From Candidatus Argoarchaeum ethanivorans (GTDB taxonomy: Archaea > Halobacteriota > Methanosarcinia > Methanosarcinales > EX4572-44), in the NCBI GenBank assembly GCA_004193545.1, contig RPGO01000030.1, positions 4,790 to 68,789 of the forward strand: a DNA stretch of 64,000 bases, read 5' to 3'. Below the pieces are notes generated by a model that saw only the letters and a program-made list of their open reading frames with translations, did not search any database and was not told the DNA's origin. Every line of letters starts with the position of its first letter. Position 1 is the stretch's first letter. Of the stretch, positions 21,057 through 31,700 are shown in pieces. The translations under genes and the position numbers were made by a program.

Positions 21057-22483
21057 ATGAAAGAATATCGTTCATACGAAGATTTGCCTAAGATTAAGCT
21101 GCCTCATGGACAGGACGTGTATATCAGCGATAGCACGATCCGTGACGGCTCTCAAATGGCAGGAATCGTACTTAAGAAACGCCACAAGCTGAAGATCTAC
21201 GATTACCTGCATAAAATGTGTATTGAAAAACTTGAAGCTTTTGTGTTCAATGAGCGGGATCGTGCAGCAGTGCGTGACATGCTTGATTACGGGTATGAGT
21301 GCCCCGAAGTGACAGGTTGGGCAAGATCCAATCCAAAGGATATCGATTCTGTATTGAGTATGGAGGGAATAGAAGAAACTGGTATCCTCATGTCGGTGTC
21401 AGATTCACACATTATTGAGAAGATGGGTCTTAAAAATAGAGAAGAAGCACAGGACAAGTATATTGAAACTTTGCAGTATGCAGTGGATCATGGACTCCGC
21501 ACACGTGCTCACATCGAGGATATTACCCGCTCAGATATCAATAATTTCGTATTCCCGCTCGTAAAAGAACTGATTGAGATAGACCCCAACTGCATTATTA
21601 GACCATGTGACACGCTTGGTTTTGGAATACCATTTGTGGATGTTAGCGAACCATACGGGGTACCGTATATTATCAATGGATTGAAGGAAATCGGGGTAAA
21701 GAATATTGAATCACACATGCATGATGACTTTGGGCTCGGTGTGTCAAACACTATTTCAGCTTACTGGCATGGTGCTAACTGGACAAGTGTCACCTTCCTT
21801 GGTATCGGGGAACGTGCTGGTAATGCCGAACTTGAGAAGATATTGCTATTTTTAAAGCAGAGGGTAGAAGGTTTTGATAAATATGACTTAAGCACTATCA
21901 GTGAATTCTCTCGTTTTATGGAGGATGAAATTGGAATTCGCATACCATGCAACAAAGCACTTGTAGGTCGAAATGTATTTGCACATGAAAGTGGAATCCA
22001 TTCAGCAGGTGTTATCAAAAATCCATTCACCTATGAGCCTTATCCACCAGAGTTGATAGGAGCAACCAGGCAGCTTCTGATTGGGGACTCTTCTGGACTT
22101 GAAGTGATCCGGCATAAAGTAGAAGAGACATTGAATAAACTGATGCGTGTGACAATTACTCTTGACAAACATGACAGGCGTATAAAAGCAATCCAGAGAG
22201 AGATTCACCGATTGTATGATACAGAGCAGCGAGTGTCCTTAAAGTAGAAGAGACATTGAATAAACTGATGCGTGTGACAATTACTCTTGACAAACATGAC
22301 AGGCGTATAAAAGCAATCCAGAGAGAGATTCACCGATTGTATGATACAGAGCAGCGAGTGTCCTGCATTTCAGACGAGGAACTGCGCGGTTATGTAGAAA
22401 AATACTTCATGTTCGAATCAATGATTGAAAATAATACTTACAGCGAAGATACGGGTGATACGAGCAGCAGCATGGAAAAATGA
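21057..22483 (+). CDS. DRE-TIM metallolyase (homocitrate/isopropylmalate/Re-citrate synthase family), frameshifted by a 125-bp tandem duplication
   Basis: SDSTIRDGSQ, HMHDDFG, GIGERAGNA, FAHESGIH. Removing 22240-22364 restores a single ORF. Confidence 0.85.
22115..22364 (+). repeat. Perfect 125-bp tandem duplication
   Basis: 22115-22239 is identical to 22240-22364. Confidence 0.92.
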
Positions 22484-22545
22484 AAAAGTATAGATGACAA
22501 TGGTATTTGTTAAAGTTGTGTTAATTTTAGAAGTGCCCTTGTATA

Positions 22546-23130
22546 CTATGTTCGCTCAAGATATTGCAGCATGTCTTCGATGTGCACGTTCTTACCAGAT
22601 AGGTGTATTGCCAACACATCGTTTCCGTGACAGTCAGAACATGCGATACCACGTGGACGATGCACTGTGATTAAGTTACCATCGCACGATTCTATAGGAT
22701 TTGGATAGCTATGACACTTTCCACATCTTGCTGCACCCCCTTCCAAAGTGGGAACTTCCCCCTTTTCTCCATGGCAATCGTTACATAAAACACCACTATC
22801 TTCCATTGGATGGGAGTTGTGGTCTATCGTATGGCAGAGCATACAGTATCGTGCCATTTCATTGTGCAGGCTATCTGCTTGAGGTACGCTGCGTTTATCT
22901 GTTAAATGGCAATTCTCACATGAATTATACGTTGCATCTGTCTGCGAAGTGGTTGTGGAAGAAGGTATTGTAACTACTGTTGTAACTGGAGTTGGTAACG
23001 GTGTGGTTGTTTCCTTTATTGTGCTTACTGGTGTTTTATCTGTATCGGTTTGATACACAATAACTACTGTAAAGATGATAGCAATTATTACTACGATAAT
23101 TCCTATTTTAAATCCTTTGACACTATTCAT
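22546..23130 (-). CDS. Membrane-anchored pentaheme cytochrome c
   Basis: N-terminal TM, Thr/Pro linker, then CENCH, CMLCH, CNDCH, CGKCH, CSDCH. Confidence 0.9.
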   Translation of the reverse strand: MNSVKGFKIGIIVVIIAIIFTVVIVYQTDTDKTPVSTIKETTTPLPTPVTTVVTIPSSTTTSQTDATYNSCENCHLTDKRSVPQADSLHNEMARYCMLCHTIDHNSHPMEDSGVLCNDCHGEKGEVPTLEGGAARCGKCHSYPNPIESCDGNLITVHRPRGIACSDCHGNDVLAIHLSGKNVHIEDMLQYLERT

Positions 23131-23224
23131 TGAAATTTATAACCTTTTATAATTTAATTATGTAGTTCCAACCCCATCATTTATAAATCTTGAGTTTTTG
23201 TTTTCCAGACGTGATGCTAGAATT

Positions 23225-23743
23225 CTAAGATCGTTCATGGAGGCTTTGAAGATCCTGTATATGACAAAGATCGCATGTGTAGCCTTTTTTGATATGTATA
23301 TCTATGATGTTCCCAGAGCTTGGCTTCAGCGGATCATCGTAATTATGGCAGGTATCACAGATAATTTCATGACCAGGCAGGCGTTGAGGTGTGATTGCAT
23401 TGTCTGTGTGGCAGTATTGACAGGTCAAGTTCACTGTTTTATCACTGGTATGCAGGTCATGTAGGTCTGCCCCATGACATGCTTTACAATAATTCCCCCC
23501 GTCTTTGTGCCTGGTGAGGTTTTCCGGTTGCTTATGACAGATATTACACTCAATTGTTTGTTCTTGTATCTCTTCGAATTCAGGTATTATTATTTGTGGG
23601 TTTGTGACATTCTTTGGTGCAAAAACGTTGGTCGTGGCTGCAATATACGCGGCACTGGCTATGAGAATTATACCTGTTATAACCATTGTTATGATGTATG
23701 GCGTATCTTTCATTGCCACTTTAGTGGTGTGCTTTTTTTGCAA
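23225..23743 (-). CDS. Membrane-anchored pentaheme cytochrome c
   Basis: N-terminal TM, then CNICH, CKACH, CQYCH, CDTCH, CDLCH. Confidence 0.9.
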   Translation of the reverse strand: MQKKHTTKVAMKDTPYIITMVITGIILIASAAYIAATTNVFAPKNVTNPQIIIPEFEEIQEQTIECNICHKQPENLTRHKDGGNYCKACHGADLHDLHTSDKTVNLTCQYCHTDNAITPQRLPGHEIICDTCHNYDDPLKPSSGNIIDIHIKKGYTCDLCHIQDLQSLHERS

Positions 23744-24117
23744 AGAGGGTTGCCCATTTCATCAGTTACCTTTACAATCACATCGACTGTGTCTCCAGTA
23801 TTTGGTATTGTTCTAAGGTCTGTTGTTATCTCGTATTCGCCCTCACCTATGTAGCTGCTGTATCGTAAGTAGCCGATTTCTCGCTTGTCTTTTATGATTC
23901 TAAGAGTTACACATGGAAATGGTGGTGACATGTCGCGATATTCTTCTAACCTGTTTACACTGTCTACTTCCGCCAGTAATTGTGTGATTTGTGGTTTCCC
24001 GTCCGTTTCTGTGATTGTTATTTTGGTTATTATGACTGGTTTATCCTTATCAACACAACCAGACGCAAAGACAAGCACCATGAATAATATAACAACAATG
24101 ATCGATCTCATAATCAA
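23710..24117 (-). CDS. Putative lipoprotein
   Basis: Hydrophobic leader ending in FASGC (lipobox); beta-rich body. Confidence 0.7.
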   Translation of the reverse strand: MIMRSIIVVILFMVLVFASGCVDKDKPVIITKITITETDGKPQITQLLAEVDSVNRLEEYRDMSPPFPCVTLRIIKDKREIGYLRYSSYIGEGEYEITTDLRTIPNTGDTVDVIVKVTDEMGNPLCKKSTPLKWQ

Positions 24118-24206
24118 AACATAATATTTAATACAATATAAGCTTTTGTAAATTATGAATTCAAACTGAAAAGATTAATAAATAAGTTAAAACAGATGTT
24201 GATTTA

Positions 24207-24650
24207 ATGATAAAGAATTTTTTGATTGCAACCACAGCAAGTGTTGTTGCTGGAGGTATTATCTATAGCCTGGTTGTTTTACTTGTTAATTATTTTGCGC
24301 CAATTGTTGCTGTAATCGCCGGGTTTGTTAGTGGAATAGGGCTTGTGGTTTTGAGCAGATGCAATAAAGAGAATAACAAGGATATTTCAGCAGTTGGTCT
24401 ATGCTATTTTGGAGTGGTTGCTGTAATGTCGCTTTTTACTGGATATCTGCTTATTTACTATTTTAAACCAGTGATTATTCATGGTATTATGTGTCATCCA
24501 AAAAACTTCATCGCATTTCCACAGTTTATTGTAAACACGCTTAAAATCCCAGATATTTTAAGCACAATATTCGGGGGCATTGCAGCATCAGCACTATCAC
24601 ATAAAATAAGAGCGATTTATGAATATTTTCGCCGTTCTTCGCCTGTATGA
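24207..24650 (+). CDS. Membrane protein
   Basis: About 4 hydrophobic segments. Confidence 0.6.
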   Translation: MIKNFLIATTASVVAGGIIYSLVVLLVNYFAPIVAVIAGFVSGIGLVVLSRCNKENNKDISAVGLCYFGVVAVMSLFTGYLLIYYFKPVIIHGIMCHPKNFIAFPQFIVNTLKIPDILSTIFGGIAASALSHKIRAIYEYFRRSSPV

Positions 24651-25384
24651 TTGGACCTGCTTTGGGCGATTGTTATATCTATCGGGACAGTTGAGTGACA
24701 ACTAATACATGCCAGATAGCTCTTTGAAGTATAATCACCTGCAAGATTTCCTGGAGTATGGTTGAATGGTTCACCTGCCACAAATCCGGTTGGCTCATTG
24801 ACCAGACTTAGATAGAATGCATTATGAAGATTGCCTGATTCATTCAAAACATTTCCAGCATCAACTGTTGGCAATGTGTCGAATAACTGAGGATCATTGA
24901 ACGTATAATTTCTATTTCCATGGCACCAGTCATCATCGCAAGTTCTTACGATAAGTGCATGACTGTGTTTATCTGCCAGTGATGAATTGTGGCAGAGGTG
25001 GCAGATTTCATTTCCATCGATTTCATTGCTGCCATCTGCATCTAACTTTTCCAATCTTGATTCTGTGTCATTGATCCACGAACTTCCATTCCATGTCCAG
25101 ATCTTATCTTCTACTGTGTCAATGGTGCCACCTGATGGATGGTAATCAATACCGCCAATTGCAAGATACGTGGTGTAATTGGTGTTGTTTGCAGCTCTGA
25201 TGTGTGCATCTCCTGCTGCTGATGTAGCCCACACCTCACCGTATTCTTCTTCATGGCATTTTTGACAGTTTATCTGATTATAAAAGACGTGCTGCCCACT
25301 AAACATTGAAAATATGTCAGGCACCACAAACATTGTAAGCGATATTAAGGCAAGCAGTAATAATATAATATTACTACGTTTCAT
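24617..25384 (-). CDS. Secreted tetraheme cytochrome c, nanowire (ECN)-like paralogue
   Basis: Signal peptide then SMFSGQHVFY; CQKCH, CHLCH, CDDDWCH, CISCH. Aligns by eye with 44478-45149. Confidence 0.8.
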   Translation of the reverse strand: MKRSNIILLLLALISLTMFVVPDIFSMFSGQHVFYNQINCQKCHEEEYGEVWATSAAGDAHIRAANNTNYTTYLAIGGIDYHPSGGTIDTVEDKIWTWNGSSWINDTESRLEKLDADGSNEIDGNEICHLCHNSSLADKHSHALIVRTCDDDWCHGNRNYTFNDPQLFDTLPTVDAGNVLNESGNLHNAFYLSLVNEPTGFVAGEPFNHTPGNLAGDYTSKSYLACISCHSTVPIDITIAQSRSNHTGEERRKYS

Positions 25385-25790
25385 TGAAGAACTCCATGCT
25401 ATTATTATATAATTGAGAATCTGATTTGCCTATTATGTAATGTGCAGACTGGTTTAATCCACTTATACCAGTATAGAGTGTAATATCACCAGTTGTTTCA
25501 TTATAATTTGAGTGACAATTGGTACAATAAATCTTCTTGGTAAGATTGTGTACCATATTAACCTGTGGAGTTGTGTTTGGATTGTATCCATGACATAAAC
25601 AATTCACATCACTATGCACACCAGCACTAACATTTGTTACTGATGCGGGATGGCACTTGTTGCAAAACTTCCATGGGTCAGTCTCATTTTTATAGCTGTA
25701 TAATTCATGGCTGTTGGAAAACATCGCACCGGCTATGCCTATAATTAACATGACCACAATTACAGCTATAATTACTTTTTTTAACCTCAT
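25374..25790 (-). CDS. Small secreted triheme cytochrome c (truncated ECN-like paralogue)
   Basis: Signal peptide then AMFSNSHELY; CNKCH, CLCH, CTNCH. Confidence 0.75.
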   Translation of the reverse strand: MRLKKVIIAVIVVMLIIGIAGAMFSNSHELYSYKNETDPWKFCNKCHPASVTNVSAGVHSDVNCLCHGYNPNTTPQVNMVHNLTKKIYCTNCHSNYNETTGDITLYTGISGLNQSAHYIIGKSDSQLYNNSMEFFNET

Positions 25791-25796
25791 GGTTTT

Positions 25797-28700
25797 TCAA
25801 TACCAGCTCTGGATTGTTTTATTGCCTTTGTCCGGATATTCATGGCACCATCTGCATTCATGCTCGGCGCTTGAGTTGAAGTTTGACTTTGCATTTTCAT
25901 AAGTTGTTGCATCATGGCAGGTTGTGCAGTTTGCAATCTCAAGTACGCATGTTCCTCCAACCATGTAAGTTAGCGGGTTACCTGTCACATTATGCCGATC
26001 GCTCTCGTTGATTAAGTCTAACTGATATGAATGGCAGCACTCGCACCATTTCCATGTGTACTCCTCGAGTGGATGCCAGTTAACAGGCTGATCAGTATGG
26101 ATATGACATTCTGTACAGTTTACAGTTGCATGCACGCCATAATTAAACATCGTCTCATTCACATAATATTTACTTGCAGTAGAATCATCCAGCCCGAAAT
26201 GACAGTTGTCGCAGTCCTGCTCCCATGATATGGTTGGGATGGTCAGGTTCTGGTCGTGCATCCGTCCTGTGTTGTGGCACTCTGTAATGGTGCAAGATTC
26301 TGTTCTGGTTGCATGCGGAATGTTCTCGGTGTAATTCTGCGAACCAGCACGCTCAAATATCTCGATGAACTCGTTTGTGGAGTTCCTGTGGCACCATGTG
26401 CAATCTGACAGGTTGCTTGCTGTTGCGATGTCAGGACGGCTTCGAGGATAGTGCGATGCCTCTGATAGATTCTGGCGATATGAAGACTGTCCAGCGAGTC
26501 CTTCGAACCCAGAAACTTTCATGGTGGTGAGGTTGTGGCAGCCGTAGCCACAGGACTCTGAGTTCGTCTCCGCGGTGGTGCGCGCAGAGATGTTGATGCC
26601 GCTTTTGAAGTGGTTGTAGACAGCGGTTGCATTACTTACGTTTTGGTATGCATAGGTTCCATTATGACATTCATAACAGAGATACGCATCATTGTTGAAG
26701 GTGCCTCTGTGCCCCTCTTCTGGACACGCTCCCTCTGGTACATGGCAGCCCCAGCACTTGGAGTTGTTCGCGTCACCCACCGTTATTGCAACCGAAGTCA
26801 TGTTGTCATTCACATTTGCATGCACTCCAAAATTCACTGCTGTGACATTAATTTTATACTTCAAGCCCTGCTGATCAGCTCCGTATGTTGCATGGCAGTT
26901 GGTGCAGTTCGCATCAGTTAGTACCCGTTCTAATGTGCCACTGTGGAGCCTACCTACACCATGACATTCATCACACGTCTGGATCTGATAGTGGTTGACC
27001 TTTTTCATGGATTGCTGCTCTACAAATACAGTCGATAGATTGTCATGACAGTAACCGCAATAAGCTCCCGGGTCATTTTCGATATATGTAGTGACAATAT
27101 CTGTTCGATTGTCGCCGTAATGGGATATTAGTGAGAAGTTCGTGAAGTAAGGATCTGTCTCGTTTTCATCGAATGTGTAGCGCATCTCTGACTGGTTGTG
27201 GCAGCCCATGCATGAGTCTAAATCTGTGGGGCGTGTCCAGTATGCCTCTATGCAGGTTCCACTCTTGAAGTGATTGTGCACTTCGGGTGCATCGCTCACA
27301 TTACTGAATAACGTGGTGTTGTCTTTGTTGTGGCAGTCGTAACAGTTGTAGGCAGGCTCTAGCCGGTTGCTGTGCTCATCCATGCCAACACCTTCTGGGA
27401 AATGACAGACCCAGCACGACTTGTTGATGTCGCCATCGACACTCGCATTGTTCATCCCGGCGTGGATCGCACCCATATATGCAATCTCATCAATCCTGCG
27501 CCTTTCTGCACTACCGTTACTGCCATGACACCTGAGGCAGTCAGGATCACCAACGATGCTCACCGCGTTTATGTTGTGGAAGTCAACAGGTGTCTGGTTG
27601 TGGCTATGGCAGAAGCAGCAGCCATCCTCAGGATTTGCTTCGTCTGTGAAGTTGCCGTGCTTGTTTGCGGTTGCATTGCCATAGAGAGTTGCGTTGGCTC
27701 TTGCGCTTGTTGTATTATCGTGGCAGTACCCACATTTCGTTGTTGGAGTAAGAAGACTACTCGTTGTACCGTAATGTGAGACACCTGAGAAAATCGTGTG
27801 TCCAAGTTCCTTGTAAGCGGTATCATTGTTATCGGAATTAAAGCTGTTGTTGTGACAGTCCACGCACCGACCATTGTCGCTGTGTTGGTTCGTTTTGACA
27901 TATGTCGAGTTTGGATAATGGTCACTTATCAGAGGAGGCAGCCTGTTCAGACCGAGAGCAGGATCGCTTGCACTCTCCCATGTATGCCCATCACCTGTTG
28001 CTCCACTCCATGCCTCGCTTCGTGCATGGCAGTCCTCGCAGGTGTACGGCAGCTCATCAACTGTTATGATCCCATCCTCATTCCGATCAGTGATCCCGTT
28101 TCGATCACCCATGCCTTCTGGAATCGTACCGTCGCTCTGATGACAGCCCCAGCATGGGTTTGACCTGTTATCCATCCCATACGTCTCGTGGACGAGGGTG
28201 TTGTTCAAGATGTTTCCATGAATTCCCATCTTGATTGCAGTGGCATTTACAAGCGACTGGACTCCGTACTTGCTATTCACATCATGGCATAAGGTGCAGT
28301 TGGGACCTCCGCCAGCGTAGATTGATTCGTTGTGGAAGTGTGTAAGTGTGCTCTCTTCAACACTACCGACCCAATCAGGTCTGACATGGCAGTAGGTGTA
28401 GCACGTAGAGACATTTGTTGTGTCAGCGCCGTACATATTATCGGCGATGTACGTGGCATTGCCCCAGATCGAACCGTTGGTCGAGTCGCAGTGGCAGTAT
28501 AAGCAGTCTGTGGTGTTGAATAGTGGATTATCAATTCCAAATGCCAGCCCCTGTGTTTTATTCAGCCCATAGTGCGAGACGTCGCCCATCGTTGATCTGC
28601 CTGTATAGGTAATAAAACTTTTAGATGGAGTATACTTCCAGACCTTGAGTTCGCCTATGGAACTGTTTGGGAGAACGCTCGGAGCATGGCAGTCGTCACA

Positions 28701-31700
28701 TGAGCCGCCAATTCCGACACTGGTCTGGATGAGTATCGATTCAGCGCCTTTTGTGGTCGGACCATGGTTATCGATCGCGGCAACAAGCCCCTGCGTGTGC
28801 GGCGGCTGACCATCGTAAGGTCCATGGCACTTTGCACATTTGTATGGATTCAGTGCCCGATCCGGATGGAAATATGGACTTGGCGGTGTTCCGTTGGTGC
28901 AGTGACATGCCCAGCAGATCGCATTGTCTCCGGTGATATTTACGATCTGTGGGGCGGTGTACCCGCGATATTCGAGCCATTCAGTGAAGTTTTTGTCAGT
29001 TCCCTGGAGATCGCTGCCTGTTCTAAACGCACCGCTCAGATTGGTGTGCATCGCAAGTTTTACCGCGGTCAGGTTCACGATCGGACGGATCGGGTCGGTG
29101 TTGTACGCGGACGCGTTGTTGTCGTGGCACTCGAGGCAACCCGCACCGCCAGCGGGGGTGTAGTTGACGAATGGCTGGCGGTAGTTGAAGCTGTTTGGGA
29201 GTTTAAATCCATGACACCCGCCACAGGATGGATTATCAAGACCGCCAGCCTGATTCATCGTTGAATTCGACCAGTTCGCATGATCCAGTATCGTTTGATT
29301 TACCCAATCGCCATCATTATCCGCCCCGCTTGGAAGTGTGAGATTCGTGATGTAGGTATATTTTATCGGTGGGCGTGTCGTTGCCGGATAATCAGAACCA
29401 TGCGGATTGTGACAGGAGTAACAATGATAGTTGGGATGACCGGTCCATCCTGCCTGTCCGCCTTGTGGAGAGTGAATATTCTGTAACATTGGAGTTCCAG
29501 TACTACCAAAACCCGTCCCCCAATGATAATACTCATCCCGAAAGTTCGTTTGATTCGTGTAATTCTGAAGATGCGAATTAGTCTCGCCCGACATCTTCGC
29601 GACGAGTTTCTCCTCAAGATGACACACAAAGCAGAGTGCATAGTTGGCTGAGTTATAGTTACCTTCTGTGTTAGTCCTGTAATACCTCAGCAAATCAGAA
29701 TCATACTCCGTCCCATGATTGTCATGGCATGCCTTGCATGAAAGTTTTCCATCCCCGAGTGGATGATGTGTCGTCTGGTTGAACTCAGTCTCCTGAACAA
29801 GCCGTTCCTGTGTCGCACTCGCGCCGTGGCAGTTAAGACCACCAGTTTTGCCAGTGTAGCATAACTGCGGGCTCTGATTGTACAACAGATCCTTTCCGCT
29901 CTCGTTTCCGTGTGGAATCGCAATGGAATCGTTCTCGTTATGGCAGTCGATGCATTGTCCGGGCGTGTATGGCTCATCGAGGCTATTAAATACCTGTGAG
30001 GTGTAGTTCGTCCAGTGTAGTGTGTCCTTGAACTTGAGCTTATCCAGATGGCAGTAGTAGCACTTGCCGTTCGGTGTGTAGCCTGTGTCAACGAGAATTG
30101 TAACCCCGGGTCCTGTAATCTCGGTCGTGATGTTCCGATATGTGATATTCTTACCCTGTATCTTGTCCCATCTGTTGATTGCAGTGCAGTTCATCGGCTG
30201 ATAAGTGGTTTTTCCAGTCACGTTCTCCTTGTACTCGATTATCGGAAGCCAGTTATCGCCTGATGCAGGGGGCCCATAGTAATCGAAATCATTGCTGCTC
30301 AACCTGCCGTGGTTTGAAAGTGGTATCTCATTTTCACCCCAGACCGTCACATTCCCGATATCAGAAAACTCGCCGTACCTGACCGTGAGATTCGCCCAGA
30401 CAAACTCTATATGGTAGTTGTCCCAGCAGAGCACATCGATCCTCCACATCAATGTCAGATTTGAAGTATCCTCATAGCCTACCTCTGTCTTGTTAAATAC
30501 CGTGTCAAGTGTTGCGAGTCTGGTGTCGTTTGTAAGGTAGAAGGTGTAATTCGCTGTCACCGACTCGTTGTTTACAATCACACAATAGTTTGAGTCGTTG
30601 AGGCGGATGTCGAACTCTGACGAATTGCGTGTGAGATCGTTTCCGATGATCGTTGCGTTCGTTGAGTGCTCTTCAAGGAGGATGCCTGTAATCGTATAGT
30701 TTGTGATGTTGTTTGCGGTTAAGTTGTGATCCCTTGATTCTGTCAGGAATATCCCTCTCAGTGTTGCATCGATTGTGTTATTCGTGAGGTTTCCCTGGTT
30801 TGACTCTGACATATAAATCCCGTCCTCACCTCTTATCGTGGTGTTCAGAATTTTGGTATAGTTTGATCCTGAACAGTACACACATGTGTTGTTTGCAGTG
30901 AGGTTGGAATCTGTGAGAGTAATATAATCGGACGTAGATAAATATGCGCTGTGTGATGATGTTGAGGTGATCGTTGTGTTTGTGAGATTGGTGTAATGTG
31001 CACCGATGGTGTATAGTCCATACCGATCTACAGATGAGATCATTGTGTTGGTAATTGTGGTGTAATCTGATGAGGATAGGTACATTGCATTAGAGGTTGT
31101 GGCTGCGAAACTGCTGTCTGTTATGTTGTTGTGATCCGAATCCTCTTCGAAATGCGCTCCATACAGGTTGCTTGGACTTATCGTATCGAGATCAATGATG
31201 CTGTTCTCAGATGAGCCGTATAGCCAGATGCCATTGCAGTTATTCGATATGGCGTTGTTTGTCAGGTTATTGTTACTTGAATTCCGTAAAAATATGCCAT
31301 AACCGGATTTGATATTATTCGAAAATTCGCTGTTTCTTATGGTGAGGTTGGTGCAATCGATGAGCGTGATCTTTCCGACATTGCTCACATTGGATGCAAA
31401 GAGATACTTATTTTCGATGATGTTATCGCCCAGTTCGGTGATCTTGTCGTGCTCATCGTAATAGTAGTTTATTTGTTCGCCGTTTGCTGTGTTGTTTCGC
31501 CAGATGTGATTATAAAAAGAATTCCTAACATAAGAGACTTTCAGTGCATAATGCCCGCTGAGTGATGATATGGTGTTGTTACTTAAATAATTATAATTTG
31601 TATACGCCCCAATACCTGTGTTGTTGTTCGATAGTATGGTGTTGTTGGCAATAGTGTTTTGCGTGCTTAGAGAGCTATAATAATATGTACCTATGCAGAT

